A DNA stretch of 63,512 bases, filler included, from Octopus bimaculoides (Eukaryota), in NCBI RefSeq assembly GCF_001194135.2. It is 6 parts of 6 records of this genome, joined end to end, with 100 filler letters (N's around TTAATTAATTAA, not from the genome) between each part and the next. Parts side by side here need not be neighbours in the genome. Positions count along the whole stretch, not along the records: positions 1 to 26,876 come from NC_069004.1; 5 more parts are not named here. One strand, written 5' to 3'. Positions 1-13,626 of the stretch are shown piece by piece. The translations under genes were made by a program, and so were the position numbers. The notes under the pieces are model-generated. The model ran no database searches, had not been told where the DNA came from, and saw nothing but the letters and a program-made list of their open reading frames with translations. Numbering within the stretch: the first letter of the stretch is position 1; every line of letters begins with the position of its first letter.

Positions 1-19
1 GATCGGCCATTATTATGAT

Positions 20-210
20 TGACCGTTGACTGAACACTATTCAATTTTTTTTCTCCGTGTTTTTCTCCTTGTCTCCGTATTCTTTCTGTTGAAGAGCGTA
101 GCTCGAAACGTCAAAGACTTTCCGTATTCCCGAGCGTCATACTAATATATACTTTTGTTATTTACACCACCTGTCCTCGTCTGTTGTTATTTTTTGTATA
201 TTCTCCCATA
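20..210 (+). mobile_element. Non-autonomous repeat resembling a Penelope-type 3' end, with a hammerhead-like motif; second copy at about 20247-20390 (minus)
   Basis: 81-117 reads TCTTT-CTGTTGA-A-GAGC-GTA-GCTC-GAAAC-GTC-AAAGA. The reverse complement of 20250-20385 aligns with 70-200 by eye. Both copies abut microsatellites. Confidence 0.5.
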
Positions 211-1819
211 TATATATATATATATATATATTCGAATTTCACTAACTTTGGAAATTATGTGTTTGTGAGTATTTTCGGAAATTATGTGTGTGTGAGTATG
301 CGTATGTGTGTGTGTGTGTGTTTCTGTGTATGTGTTTCTCTGTGTGAGTGAGTGGGTGTGATTTCAGGCAACAGACACAACAGTCGGCTTCGTAAGGTGA
401 GATCTGTAACAAAGATGTAATTTTCTCTGTACGTACTTTATTGTTGTCAAATTCTCTGAAATTCTCGAAATTCTGCCAAAGGATATTTAGACTTACCTGT
501 CATACATGAGGATTTGCCTGGGATCTGTATTTTAATTATTGAACATTAATAGCTAAATCCATTTAATACTGAGTGCTTTATTAATATCTGCCAGAAATTT
601 TAATCCCCAAATGTCGAGCGACGAGAAAGAGTGCTCAACACCGCATTTGCGGATAGAATTTCTTCCGTGTGATCGGTCTGAAAAATTGTTAAGATATTAA
701 GATGCTTTTCTTAACATGAAACCAATGGTAGCCTTCATACACAAATATACATACATACATAAATATATGTATGTTGTCACTATCACCATCGTCGGTATTA
801 CCGCCGCCGCTGCCGCCTTACTAGTCGCTACAAATCCTATTGTAACACTATCTACCATTCTATTTTGTAGATATCGTCATCAACACCACCACCTCCACCA
901 TCATCAGAGTCTTACTTGACCTCCCCCCACCATCACCACCACCACCACCACCAGCTTTCTTACCAACACCGTCGCTCCCATCATCATACCTTTTCTAACG
1001 CCAGCACCACCACCATCACCATCATCGCTATCTACATCATCGATATCAGCACTACCTGCACCACAACCACCACCACCACCAGTGCTACATTTGATAGAAC
1101 CCCATCTCTTATCCTTCCCCCACCCCGCTACACCACCTTTTTCTCCTTATAACCGCACATAACACACAAAGCACATTTAATAATACACTCGACACACAGA
1201 CACACACACACACAGAATACGTGAAACTCATACTCATATATTACATAACATACACATACACATTACACCTACACACATACAACATACAAGACTCACACAC
1301 ACATACACACACATGTAACGCACACACAACATACAACATGCACATACATACACATACACGCACAAACGAGCACGCAGGCCTCACACACTTATTCTCACAC
1401 ACACACACGTACACACGTACACACACACACATAAACATATTCCTTCACACATTGCAGAAATATCATCCAACAAAGGTTTTGATAGAAATTTTGTGAATTT
1501 TACTGTCTCTTTCCGACATTTTGACATTTCAGCAGACCTGACGAGAATGGACAAGAAATATAATATAGAGGCATATAAAAACAACGCCATACATACATAC
1601 ATACATACATATACATATAAGTACTTATATATATACATATATACACGTGCATGTATATATACATATATATAAGTACTTGTATATATATATATATATGCAT
1701 ACATATATGTACACATACGTATAAGTGCTTATATATATATATATATTTATATATAGAGAGAGTGAGGGAGCGAGAAATATTTACATATGTATACATATAT
1801 ATATGTGTGTGTCTATATA

Positions 1820-1854
<35 letters not shown>

Positions 1855-2174
1855 GTGTGTGTGTGTACGCACGCACGCTGGAGCACATAAGTGCACTACA
1901 ATCAATGTAGAAAAATATAGTATTGGAATACGAAAGGCAGCGCAAAAAGCAAATTGGTATTTTTGATTGGAGTGTTACTCGGAGTTTCACGTAACTGATC
2001 TTTAGACGAATCTCTGACAATGTATGTATATATGTATGTATGCATGTATGTATGTATGTATGTATGCATGTATATTTTGTTTTCTGTATGTATTCTCATG
2101 CATCTAGTTGCATATCTAGACATGCTCATATATGTATATATATTAAAATGATAAACTTCTGGAAAGTTTTACAG

Positions 2175-2412
2175 ATATTTACAGGGCATGTCTACTGGAA
2201 TCAGTGGAATTCTTAGAATAAACACATGTTCTCTCTTTCCTTGTCCAGTGAGGATTGTTGTTTCCAAAAGATGTGGATGCATTTGCCTGACAATCAGTCT
2301 TGTTGCATTGCACAGGTTTGGAGAATCCAGATTTCTCAAAAGCATGATTGGAACTCCTTTCTTCAATATCAGTTTGCGAGAAGGCATTCCAGGAAGATCT
2401 AAAGACACACAC
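2175..2412 (-). mobile_element. Helitron PIF1-like helicase fragment
   Basis: ORF 2169-2417 (minus) translates to SLDLPGMPSRKLILKKGVPIMLLRNLDSPNLCNATRLIV...TILTGQGKREHVFILRIPLIPVDMP, the characteristic Helitron helicase segment. It is isolated and flanked by microsatellite and a SINE. Confidence 0.9.
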
Positions 2413-2443
2413 ACCACACTTTTTCAGTTCAAACTCTATTCTT

Positions 2444-2576
2444 AGTTCAAATTCCGCCGAGGTCGACTTTGCCTTTCATCCTCCCCATAAAATAAGTAGC
2501 AGAGGAACACTGGGATCGATGTAATCGACTTAGCACCTCCCCCGAAATTCCTGGCCTTGTGTCAAGATTTGAAACC
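2444..2576 (+). mobile_element. tRNA-derived SINE, family A (5'-truncated)
   Basis: GTTCAAATTCC B-box followed by GCCGAGGTCGACTTTGCCTTTCATCC, shared with many copies in the window. Confidence 0.8.
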
Positions 2577-2960
2577 CATATTGATGTTGTTATTGTCGTT
2601 GGGTGTTATTGCTGGTTTTGTTATTGTTTTATTGCAGTCACCAATGCCACAGCCGTAAGTGTTGCGGCGGCGGCAGTGGTGACGGCGGTGGCGGCGGTGG
2701 TGGGGCGGCGGTGGCGGCGGCGGCGGCAGAGTCGGCAATGGTGAGCGTTGGAGTAATTGTTCTTGCTGTAATTGTTGTTGTGGCTATAATTTATTGTTTT
2801 ATCGGTTCGTTTGTGTTTATTTTTTTCTTATTTCTCCCTTCCCATCCCCCTCCAAATTTCTTTCATTTAAAGTTAATTGAATTCCTTTGTCATTCATCCA
2901 CCATTTACAATAGGATGACAGTGTCGTCTGCAATACATTGGCTTCGTACGTGTGTTTGTG

Positions 2961-2994
<34 letters not shown>

Positions 2995-4287
2995 GGGGGG
3001 GAGAAGGACAGAGAGTGTATGTGTGTATGTGGGTGAGGGTGTGCTTGTGTATGTGTATTCGTGTTCATGTGTGTATTTGTATAAATGTCACAGAGACAGA
3101 CAGACAGACAGATAGATAAATAGATAGGTAGGTAGGTAGGTAGGTAGGTAGGTAGATAAATAGATAGATAGATGGATAGATTCATTCATACATCTATACA
3201 TATATCGATCTATCTTTCAGTCTAACTGCCATTCTATCAATGTACCTATCTATGTATCTATCGATGAGAAGAAAGAGGGTAGAGAGGAGAAAGAACAAGA
3301 AAGTAATACCGCAAAGAAATAAAGACAATGGTAATGCAAATATTCAGCCAACACCGAGCACAATTTCCTCTTAACGACCTCAGCCGCGTCTATTCAGACA
3401 CCGATATGTGTTTTTTTTTTCGGAATTTGTCACTACAAACGATAAAGATGTAAAAATTGCTTAGTTTTATTAGAAATTTCAACATCAGTGGGAATGTAGG
3501 GCAATATTTCCTTTGTAAGAAGATCGGTCGTGGCTTTTAATCTTTATCAACATCATGCGAGACGTGGATTGTAACACTCGAGAAACGTCTCCAGTCAGAA
3601 TGCGAACTCAGCAACTGTCTCAGTCAATTTTGCGAACATGGAAACAAAATGTATGATTAGGATAAACTAATGGACCTGTGGGAATAGATGAAATAAAATC
3701 TGACTGAGATTTCTCTTTAAAGAACATTGAGAAATCCTTCTTCTTACTACAATAAAATGAAAATACAGGTTAGCTTACAGAATAAGTTTCACAATAGATA
3801 TTTAAATCAAAAGAAATAAGCCACATTCAAAGCTTAGCGTGGTGTACCGCAACAGATTGAAGATTAGCTTCATATAATCAAGGAGCAAGAAATTTCTGTC
3901 AGACGCTTTCTACACAAATGACAGAACTCATTAGCTGACAACTGAAATGATTATGGAAAACTAAAACCAAAGAACCACATTATTGGCCGCTGTCAAAGAC
4001 TGTCTTTTAGTTATTACCTGTCTATAAGGTATGAACTAGTGACCACAACAATCTGAAATAGAGTGAGGTTCAACAACTAATGGAGATAAATATGTGAAGA
4101 CCGATGGCTTCGCAGAATATTAGTGGGTCTTAAGAATATAAAATCTATAACCAAATTAAATGACCGACCGGATATAGTTTGTGAGAGGAAAATAAGAATA
4201 TGAGCGTTTGTGGAAGTCAGCTGTGCACTTGACATCAATGTCAGAACAAAAATACATCGATTATGTCATCACGTGACCGATCAGACT

Positions 4288-4529
4288 ACCAGACGTTGAT
4301 ACACGTCGCTTGTCACATTGCGCTTTTGCATCGTTTTAGCCTTCGAATGACGCCACGCCGCCGACGAGGCGAGCAGGCCAACATTTCTCACTGATCAGAA
4401 GAGGGACTGGAGCAACGTGAAATGTGGTGTTTTTCTCAAGAACACAACGCGCCTCCCGGTCTGGGAATCGAACCCAGTATCCAGCAATCATGAATGGAGC
4501 AGCCTAACCACTAGGCCACGCGCTTTCAT
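4288..4529 (-). mobile_element. tRNA-derived SINE, family C (CORE-like)
   Basis: The reverse complement has a TAGTGGTTAGG A-box-like head, a GTTCGATTCC B-box and GTTGTGTTCTTGAG; it matches copies at 52.4 and 56 kb. Confidence 0.75.
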
Positions 4530-4780
4530 ATCGATTATGTATTGATGAGAAATTTGCCAATCCAATATCGAAAATATACTTTCAGCTTCATTTCCATTAT
4601 TTCTTCAGCGACTGAATATATTCGAAAGTATTTGGCTCAAAGCAGGACAATTCTTGAATTTTTGAAGAAGGAACGTTGCTCCATCATTCATACGCGACAC
4701 ATAATTACCATATCTAGGATCAAGAAATTATGCAAGACCTTTTTAAATTCGCAAGGGTGAAGGGTTGCACAAAGTCTGAC

Positions 4781-4937
4781 CGGAAATTTTGGGGGCGAAA
4801 ACTAGCCAATTACATCGACCCCCAAAACGATGAAAGACAAAATCAATCTGGCAGGAATTTGGACTCTGAAAGTAAAACGGATTAAATGCCACAAGGCATT
4901 TTGTCCGGTATGCTAAAGGTTCTGCCAGCTCACCGCT
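4781..4937 (-). mobile_element. SINE family A, degenerate
   Basis: Reverse complement begins GCGGTGAGCTGGCAGAACC and follows the family A layout. Confidence 0.6.
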
Positions 4938-5450
4938 TTCCCACCGCCATCACATTAGATAATGGAGTAGATGTTGCAATGATAGAGAAAAAGATAGGGG
5001 CTTGTCACGGCTGTGGAAGGCCTTTAACCAGAAGTGTATTCAGGTCTTTCCTAAGGGTAAACAACAATAAGACCAGAGCTACTCTGTTTCAATCCCATCT
5101 AAAAGCGATCCTCAGCCGTTTTCTTCAAACATTCGCAAGTTATTATTATTATTTTTTTCTCATATGGCCGTTTGGGAACATATCTCTGCGGCGTTTATGA
5201 AAGACATCGTGGTGGATACTGGTGAGAGGTAGGTGGCGTTGTAGTATCGCAGGTATAACGGTGTTGAATGTCGATTGGTGGAGATGGTGGTGGAGGCGGT
5301 GGGGAAGCAGAGAGTCAGCTTGAAACGATCAAACAAACAGATAAACGTTGTCAGGTTTGAAGACATTTCTAGAGACAAGCTAAATATTTTGTTAGCTTTA
5401 AAATTACTGTCATGTACTTCCTGTCTACATCACTTTTCTTTTGTTTCCCT

Positions 5451-5489
<39 letters not shown>

Positions 5490-5601
5490 CGTATATTATG
5501 TATATATTTGTGTGTGTGTATGTGTGTGTACGTATGTATGTATCAATATATGCATACAAACAAATATATACATAAATACATGTTTGCATGTATGTGGTGT
5601 A

Positions 5602-5669
<68 letters not shown>

Positions 5670-6281
5670 CACACACATGCATATAGATAATAATTACATA
5701 CATACATGCGTACATACAAACATACATACATACATATTCTGTTTGTATTTATTCGTCTAAGAGAAACCAGTTTAATGTGAAGCAACCAATTATCTTACCA
5801 TTATTCGGCGGAAGATGGGGAGGGAGAGCACAAAAAAAAGGGATAAATACAAAACAACAACAAAAATAACAATAGGAAGGATATTAACAACAACAACAAC
5901 AAGACGATAACGTCGGAGAGCAGAGAAAGAAGTTTAGAAGATAAAAACTGGGGAAAGGAAAAAAAACAACAGCAACAATTATTCAACAACAATAGCAAGA
6001 CCATCAGCTACAACAACACACAACAGGAAACAACAGAACACGACACCAACAGCAACGACAACAACAACAGCGTTAAAAGTCACTCAGGATCAAGAGATGA
6101 TGTTTATGTGGATGGCATATTAAGTCTGCAGATAGGTTCATACATGGATTTACAATTTATATATATATATATATATATNNNNNNNNNNNNNNNNNNNNNN
6201 NNNNNNNNNNNNNNNNNNNNNNNNNNNNNNNNNNNNNNNNNNNNNNNNNNNNNNNNNNNNNNNNNNNNNNNNNNNCTGCAC

Positions 6282-6490
6282 CTACACCTTAGCCCTTTCA
6301 TGGCGTCTGATGTGGCTTTTTAAACCAGACAGTGTTTTGAAAAAAACACCCACACAGATTGCACCTCTGATTTGCACTACCAATACCTGCAGGTAAGTTC
6401 TGCTCATTGTGGATCCTAACATGTCTTTTAGGACCCCCATTGGATTTGCAAACCCTCTGGCACACATCACATTCAAACGTGTGCACAGAC
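6282..6490 (-). mobile_element. Two C2H2-type zinc fingers, frameshifted; probably the C-terminus of an RTE-type non-LTR retrotransposon
   Basis: FECDVCQRVCKSNGGPKRHVRIH, then CNLCGCFF/KTLSGLKSHIRRHERAKV* after a 1-nt slip in a poly-T run. There is no TGEKP linker and no upstream coding context. Confidence 0.55.
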
Positions 6491-7409
6491 ATATAATCAG
6501 AATAGCTGATTATACATACATACATACATACATACATACATACATACATACATACATACATACATACATGTCGAGGCGACTTACCCGGATCAATGTAACC
6601 CTCCTCGCCCGACTTCGCGACCTAGCGATGTGGCATGGACGTCTTGCGTGGGCTTTAGTTACTTACACTGGTTTTCGTTAACTGAAATATCTCATCTGCA
6701 CACGCCACGACTACAGATGGTGACAGTAAATCGCTAACTGGACTCATTGTCCCAGTTCATTGACAATTAGTTGTCTGTTCATCCGTTCAAACGTCCAGAG
6801 ATATTCGCCATTGCTTCAATAAGTTCATCTAACGAAATATTTCACATCCACCATATTGCATCCCATGATTTCAACGTACCCTGGCTCGGCTGGTTGCAGG
6901 CCGTTTAATCCATAGGTAGGACCTTGACAGGTGTTATTCCTCCGAATTAGAATAGATTAAAAACAATTATGGCAAAGAGATGGTTCCACACTACTCGGAG
7001 CCCTGTAACTCCCGTACAATATCTCCACTACCAAATATGTATACTACAATTAAATATATTATTTTTACAGAAGTAAAAACATATTAAAATGGCTGCCATA
7101 CTTGCTATCATCTTCGCTCTGATATACTCATTCTGTCACATGATATCTTCAATACTAGAAAAGAAACTTTTTCCTCTTGTCGTCATGCAAACAATTACAA
7201 ACGTCTTCTTGTGTCCATATATTGTATTTTTCTTTATTGCAAATTATTTGAATCTTTCCTGAGTAATGAAATAGTCGCTTCCCCTCCAGAACAATATCAC
7301 ATTGTGCATACAATACATTATACATATTGTATTGTTTATGAAATACGTTATACAGAATATATACATAATAAAGAATACAATATAAACAATACAATGTATA
7401 TAAATAAAC

Positions 7410-7452
<43 letters not shown>

Positions 7453-7963
7453 TACATGTGCAGTTGGTAAGGAATTTGAGCACTGATCCACACACAGGTG
7501 TGCGCGCGTACATATACGCACACATATGCAAACAGGCATGCACATATCCATACGGATGCAGAGAGAGAGAGAGAGAAACAGACAGACAACCAGAGCGATA
7601 AATAGATAAATACACGAAGGTGGCAGTCAATTTATATTCTCTCTATATATATTAATGTGCGAGGATAATATTAATCAGCGAGTCTATAATATTATGGTCG
7701 CCACAAGACAACGAGTCTCGTGCATTGCTCAAATACTGAGTAGCCATATTTAATTATGATGAAACTATTAATGATACGAGCGTGATTAATTGATTGTTAG
7801 CTCTGTGTGTGTGTGTGTGTGTGTGCGTGTGTGTGTGTATGCGTGTTGGCTGCCAATGTATTTGCTTCTCTATGTCTTTGTGAGTTTGCGTTTGTATTTC
7901 TATGATAAATTGATTTGTTAGTTATGGAATTGTATACGTGAGTGTATGCATGTGTATGTATGC

Positions 7964-7997
<34 letters not shown>

Positions 7998-8234
7998 TAA
8001 ATTATTTATCATCTAAATCAGTGTTTCTCGTTATTAATTTATTTACTGTGGCGGCCATGTTTTCTGTAGCGTTCTTGATGCTGCCATACAATGGGAAAAA
8101 CCAACAATTCTATTGCGTCATTTATAATTTCATTATCATCACCGTCATCCTTGTTATCTTGTCATTATCAGTAGTAGTAGTAGTAGCAGTAGCAGTAGTA
8201 GTAGTAGTAGTAGTAGTGCTACAGTTTGCTTCAT

Positions 8235-8470
8235 TATTATCCGGCAGAGTTGGCAGGATCGCCAACATGCCGGGCAAGATGCCGGACAAGAAGCCCGGCA
8301 AGATGCTTCGCGTCATTTCGTCCGTCTTTATGATTTGAGTTCAAATTCTGCTGAGGTCGACTTTGCCTTTCGCCCTTTCGGGGTGGACAAATTAAGTACC
8401 AGTTGAACTCTGGGATCGATATAATCGAATCATTCCCCTCCCCAAAATTGCTGCCCTTGTGGCAAAATTT
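8235..8470 (+). mobile_element. SINE family A, near full length
   Basis: GAGTTGGCAGGATCG head, GTTCAAATTC B-box, then GAGGTCGACTTTGCCTTTC...AATTAAGTACCAGTT. Confidence 0.85.
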
Positions 8471-8488
8471 GAATTCCTTATTCTCCTG

Positions 8489-8524
<36 letters not shown>

Positions 8525-8939
8525 NNNNNNNNNNNNNNNNNNNNNNNNNNNNNNNNNNNNNNNNNNNNNNNNNNNNNNNNNNNNNNNNNNNNNNNNNNNN
8601 NNNNNNNNNNNNNNNNNNNNNNNNNNNNNNNNNNNNNNNNNNNNNNNNNNNNNNNNNNNNNNNNNNNNNNNNNNNNNNNNNNNNNNNNNNNNNNNNNNNN
8701 NNNNNNNNNNNNNNNNNNNNNNNNNNNNNNNNNNNNNNNNNNNNNNNNNNNNNNNNNNNNNNNNNNNNNNNNNNNNNNNNNNNNNNNNNNNNNNNNNNNN
8801 NNNNNNNNNNNATATATACATATATATATATATATATACATATATTCATATGTTTAGCTACTTAGCAAGCTAGCTAGCTAACTAGATAGAGAGAGAGTGA
8901 GAGAAAGAGAGAGAGGGAGAGAGAAAGGGACAGACAGAC

Positions 8940-9033
<94 letters not shown>

Positions 9034-9770
9034 CCAGAGAGAGAGAGGTGATTGATAGACAAAGAAAAAAGGTGGGAGGGGAATATCGAAATTAAAAATA
9101 GTTGACAGCAACACGTTGATGAGTCTCTATTAGCAACGGTGATTTGAAGGAGAAGAAAACATGGCTGACGGCCAGGGACTGATCGGGAGATCAATAACAG
9201 ACGTGCGAAACACTGGCCAACAGGAAACGCTTTGACAGGATCTTATTATATTTGTATATGATAATGTATATATATATGTGTGCGTGTGTCTGTGTGTGTG
9301 TGTCTGTGTGTGTGTTGCGTGTGTGTATATATATATATATATTATATATACACATATCTATGCCCAAATGTTCCGTTTTCTTTTATCAGTCTCATTCATT
9401 GGACCATGTCCATACAGGTACTTATTTTATCGATCTCTATTTGACGAATCACTACCTGTAAGGTCACAATATAAATAACCACAGACATAAGTTATATAGA
9501 TACATGCAATTTTACATATACGTCATATGTGAGTGTGTGTACGTATGTATATATATATATATACGTATATATATATTTATATATATACACACACACACGT
9601 GTGTGTGTGTAGAACGGGTGCCCGCATGTCTGCCGTATACTGCTCTCAAAATATTGCTTAACCTAAAGCTAAATCGAACGCAGTTGCCCGAGGCAAACCT
9701 CTTCCGAACATAGTCATCTGTCATGCTTGCGCATATGCAAACACACATTTACATGCATGTATATATATAA

Positions 9771-9840
<70 letters not shown>

Positions 9841-9876
9841 GGAGAAAGAGAGATAGATAGATAAATAGATATAGAC

Positions 9877-9911
<35 letters not shown>

Positions 9912-10543
9912 TATATGTGTGCGTGTGCATTATGTGTATAATATGCATGCATACCGATGCACTTTCAACCTTAAAATCAACTCTTCTATATGCATATATA
10001 TACACTTATATGTATATCTGGGTGTATGTGAACGTATACATACATGTATATGTATGTATATATGTATGTATGTATATTTGTGCGTATACGTATATGTACA
10101 GTTATATTCCAGAGGTGACAAGTTTAAAGAAGTTATGTGCTGCCACTTCGAAGAAAGAACTCAAAGATAAGTCTGTGAGAGGGGAAACATTTAATCCATA
10201 TTTTGTCGGAATGACCATTATGGATTAAATATATATTATAGATAAATTTATATCTACTTATATATGTGTGTTTATTTGTACATGTATATATGTATACGTA
10301 TTCTTGCATGCGTATTTATGTCTATATGTGTACGTTTATATGTAATTGCGTGTGTGTGTGTGTTCGTGAGTGTGTTTGTTTGTGTGTGTGTGTGTGTGTG
10401 GGTGTGTACACGATTGTACGTTCCGTGGGACATTGTACAGATGAATGTTCATTATTTTTAGCGATATTCATTTGCGGCATCGACCAGAGACCACCTGCAA
10501 CTTGTTGTTGTGTAGGTTGTAAGCCTAGGGTTGTACGAATGCT

Positions 10544-10593
<50 letters not shown>

Positions 10594-10704
10594 CAATTGT
10601 ACGTGTATGTGTGTTTGAAGAGAAGAAATTAATATGTTAGATCCTGGAAACAACTCTGTGTGTATGTATCTTCATGTTTGTGTGTGTATGTGTGTGTACG
10701 TGTG

Positions 10705-10935
10705 TGTGCTGAGGTGCGTGGTTAGTGTGTTGGACTCATGATGGTAAAATTGTGGTTTCGATCCCTGAACCTGGTGAGGCGTTCTGCTCTTACGCAAAGC
10801 ACTCTTTGCTCTCATTCACATTGCCACAGTCCACTCAGTTGTAAAGTAACAACCCTCCGATGGCCCGGCTTCCCGTCGAGCGGTTGGATATCGAAAGCGT
10901 ATATTGTTGTTAAATGCTCGAAATACGAGAGTAGA
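10705..10935 (+). mobile_element. SINE family C-like, degenerate
   Basis: GTGGTTAGTGTGTTGGACTCATGAT...GTTTCGATCCC tRNA-like head. Confidence 0.6.
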
Positions 10936-11570
10936 AGAAAATAGCCAACAACCGATGAAGAGTCGTTCTCGATGTTGTTTGTCTTGTTTTCCATTTGTGT
11001 CTTTCGTTGTTCAAAAATGAGTTTCATAATGTATCATTCCGCAAAACATAGAATTTATTTTACAATGGAAGAGAAAACGATAAGGAGTGAATAAAATCAG
11101 AAATGACAGAGAAATAGTTTGATGAAATATTATTTAATAGTAAGGAAATTCAAATACCACGACAAATTGTTTCATAACTTAAAAAGCATGTAAATAATTT
11201 ATATTATTATATTTAATGGTAATATTAATCATTTACATGTTTTTAAGTTAAGAAACAATTTGTTGTGATATTTGAATTGTCTAAAATTCACATAAATAGA
11301 ATTTCATCATACAAGCTCTCTATCATTTATGACTTTATAAGCATGTGTGTGTGTATACATACATATATATGTGTGTGTATGTGTGTATATACATGTGGGT
11401 GTATGTGAGTGTGTATACATGTGTGTGTGTGTGTAGCGAATATTACGTTCGATACACACTGAAGCTGACCTAGCAATAAGCAGCAACAATAGCAACTAAC
11501 AGCACTCCTAACAAGAGGTGGCCACATAGATTGTTGGAATTCACAGTTGGTCTTGCATCTCTTTCGACAG

Positions 11571-11613
11571 GAAAGGCCAATTTATCGTTCCTTTCTACAA
11601 AATGGATTTGCCA
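11571..11613 (+). CDS. Candidate 43-nt exon of an unidentified host gene
   Basis: Pyrimidine-rich acceptor TCTTGCATCTCTTTCGACAG and donor GTAAGA. All three frames are open, but the segment is short. Confidence 0.2.
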
Positions 11614-11979
11614 GTAAGAAATATGAACGTCTCAATAATAGATTGGTTAACGATTGGCTCCAGTGATCCTGTTAATATTTTGTAATACCGTTTATGAATT
11701 ATAATATTGTTTATTATATTCTGTAAAACAAATATTTAAACAGGAATACGAACAGTTCCATGACGTCTGTATGTGTGTGTACGTAAATTATTGCCAGTAA
11801 AACATAATTAAATATAGCTGGATGTGTGTGTGTGTTAATGTATGTATGCACATATATGTGCGCATATATGTATGCTTGTATGCACATATTTATATGTATG
11901 TAGGTATAATATATATAGGTACTGTTATTACTTCTATTATTGAAGTAACAGCAGCAGTAGGAACAGCGGTAGTAGTAGC

Positions 11980-12035
<56 letters not shown>

Positions 12036-12257
12036 CAGCTTTTCTTCTTGTTGCTGTTACTACTGTTCATGTTCTTGTCGTTGCTGTGGTTACTGTTGTG
12101 GCTGTTGCTACAGTTGTTGCTGCTGTTGTTGTTATATCTTCTTATTTTCCCAACTTACCGACAAAATCCGACTCCATCTCGATAATATCCTCCACGTTTG
12201 TCGAAACGTCTCCCCCCCCCCCCCCTCATCAACGGAAATTCCTCCTCAGTCCGTTTG

Positions 12258-12271
12258 CTTTCCGTGGCAAC
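12258..12271 (+). promoter_or_regulatory. X-box-like (RFX) motif
   Basis: CTTTCCGTGGCAAC matches GTTNCCATGGNAAC at 12 of 14 positions and lies about 215 nt upstream of the candidate ATG. Confidence 0.3.
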
Positions 12272-12485
12272 GGTTCGAAAACCAAACCTTAGAAAATGTA
12301 ACGGATCGAGCAAAACTGAAACGAAACGGTTCTGATGGGTGGCCATCTAATCGAACCGTCCATGCACCTCTACCTGCCGATCAAAGTCCTGCAACAGCAA
12401 TGGTACGAGCGGCCGATACCTGCGCACTTTCTCAAGAGATGCCTCATTGAATGGTGTAGTCCTAGATACCCAATGCTCTTTAAAA

Positions 12486-12536
12486 ATGGAGATGGTCATG
12501 GCTGAAGCACATTTGATTATAGAGCGGCTGGAACAG
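12486..12536 (+). CDS. Candidate coding exon (MEMVMAEAHLIIERLEQ); may extend 5' in the same open frame
   Basis: AAAATGG start context and strong donor CAG|GTAAGG, within a CpG-rich non-repetitive island at about 12130-12750. Product not recognised. Confidence 0.4.
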
Positions 12537-13370
12537 GTAAGGCTTCGGGTTAAGCAACAACGAACCCCACCACATCCATCCAATTACTACTACAATATTG
12601 AATCTTGTTTCACTGACGTCGGACGAGAGCGCCACCTATGTGATGTTATTACATAGATGTATTTGAAGAAATACATCAGAGAAATGGTCAGAACCAGGAC
12701 ATAAGATTCTTCTCTACACGGTTTACCGACTTAGCCAAACTCACCGAGTCACTGTACCCTTTTATTAATGTCATACCGATACACGTATGTATATATGTAT
12801 GTATACATGTATGTGTATGTCTGTGTGTCTATGTGTGTACGTACGTGTATATATATATATATATNNNNNNNNNNNNNNNNNNNNNNNNNNNNNNNNNNNN
12901 NNNNNNNNNNNNNNNNNNNNNNNNNNNNNNNNNNNNNNNNNNNNNNNNNNNNNNNNNNNNNNNNNNNNNNNNNNNNNNNNNNNNNNNNNNNNNNNNNNNN
13001 NNNNNNNNNNNNNNNNNNNNNNNNNNNNNNNNNNNNNNNNNNNNNNNNNNNNNNNNNNNNNNNNNNNNNNNNNNNNNNNNNNNNNNNNNNNNNNNNNNNN
13101 NNNNNNNNNNNNNNNNNNNNNNNNNNNNNNNNNNNNNNNNNNNNNNNNNNNNNNNNNNNNNNNNNNNNNNNNNNNNNNNNNNNNNNNNNNNNNNNNNNNN
13201 NNNNNNNNNNNNNNNNNNNNNNNNNNNNNNNNNNNNNNNNNNNNNNNNNNNNNNNNNNNNNNNNNNNNNNNNNNNNNNNNNNNNNNNNNNNNNNNNNNNN
13301 NNNNNNNNNNNNNNNNNNNNNNNNNNNNNNNNNNNNNNNNNNNNNNNNNNNNNNNNNNNNNNNNNNNNNN

Positions 13371-13441
<71 letters not shown>

Positions 13442-13561
13442 TTTCTTTTGTACTTTCTCCTACACTCTCTACTTATTTCTCTTTCCATTTTTCTGTTACT
13501 CCTCCATTTTTCCTTTCTTCCAAGTTTCACTACTCTCCTACCTTCTGTCTCTCCCTCTCTC

Positions 13562-13626
<65 letters not shown>

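Noticed and set aside
497-524. 28-nt minus-strand micro-exon with GTAAGT donor
   Set aside because: Weak acceptor, too short to evaluate, and no supporting partner exons.
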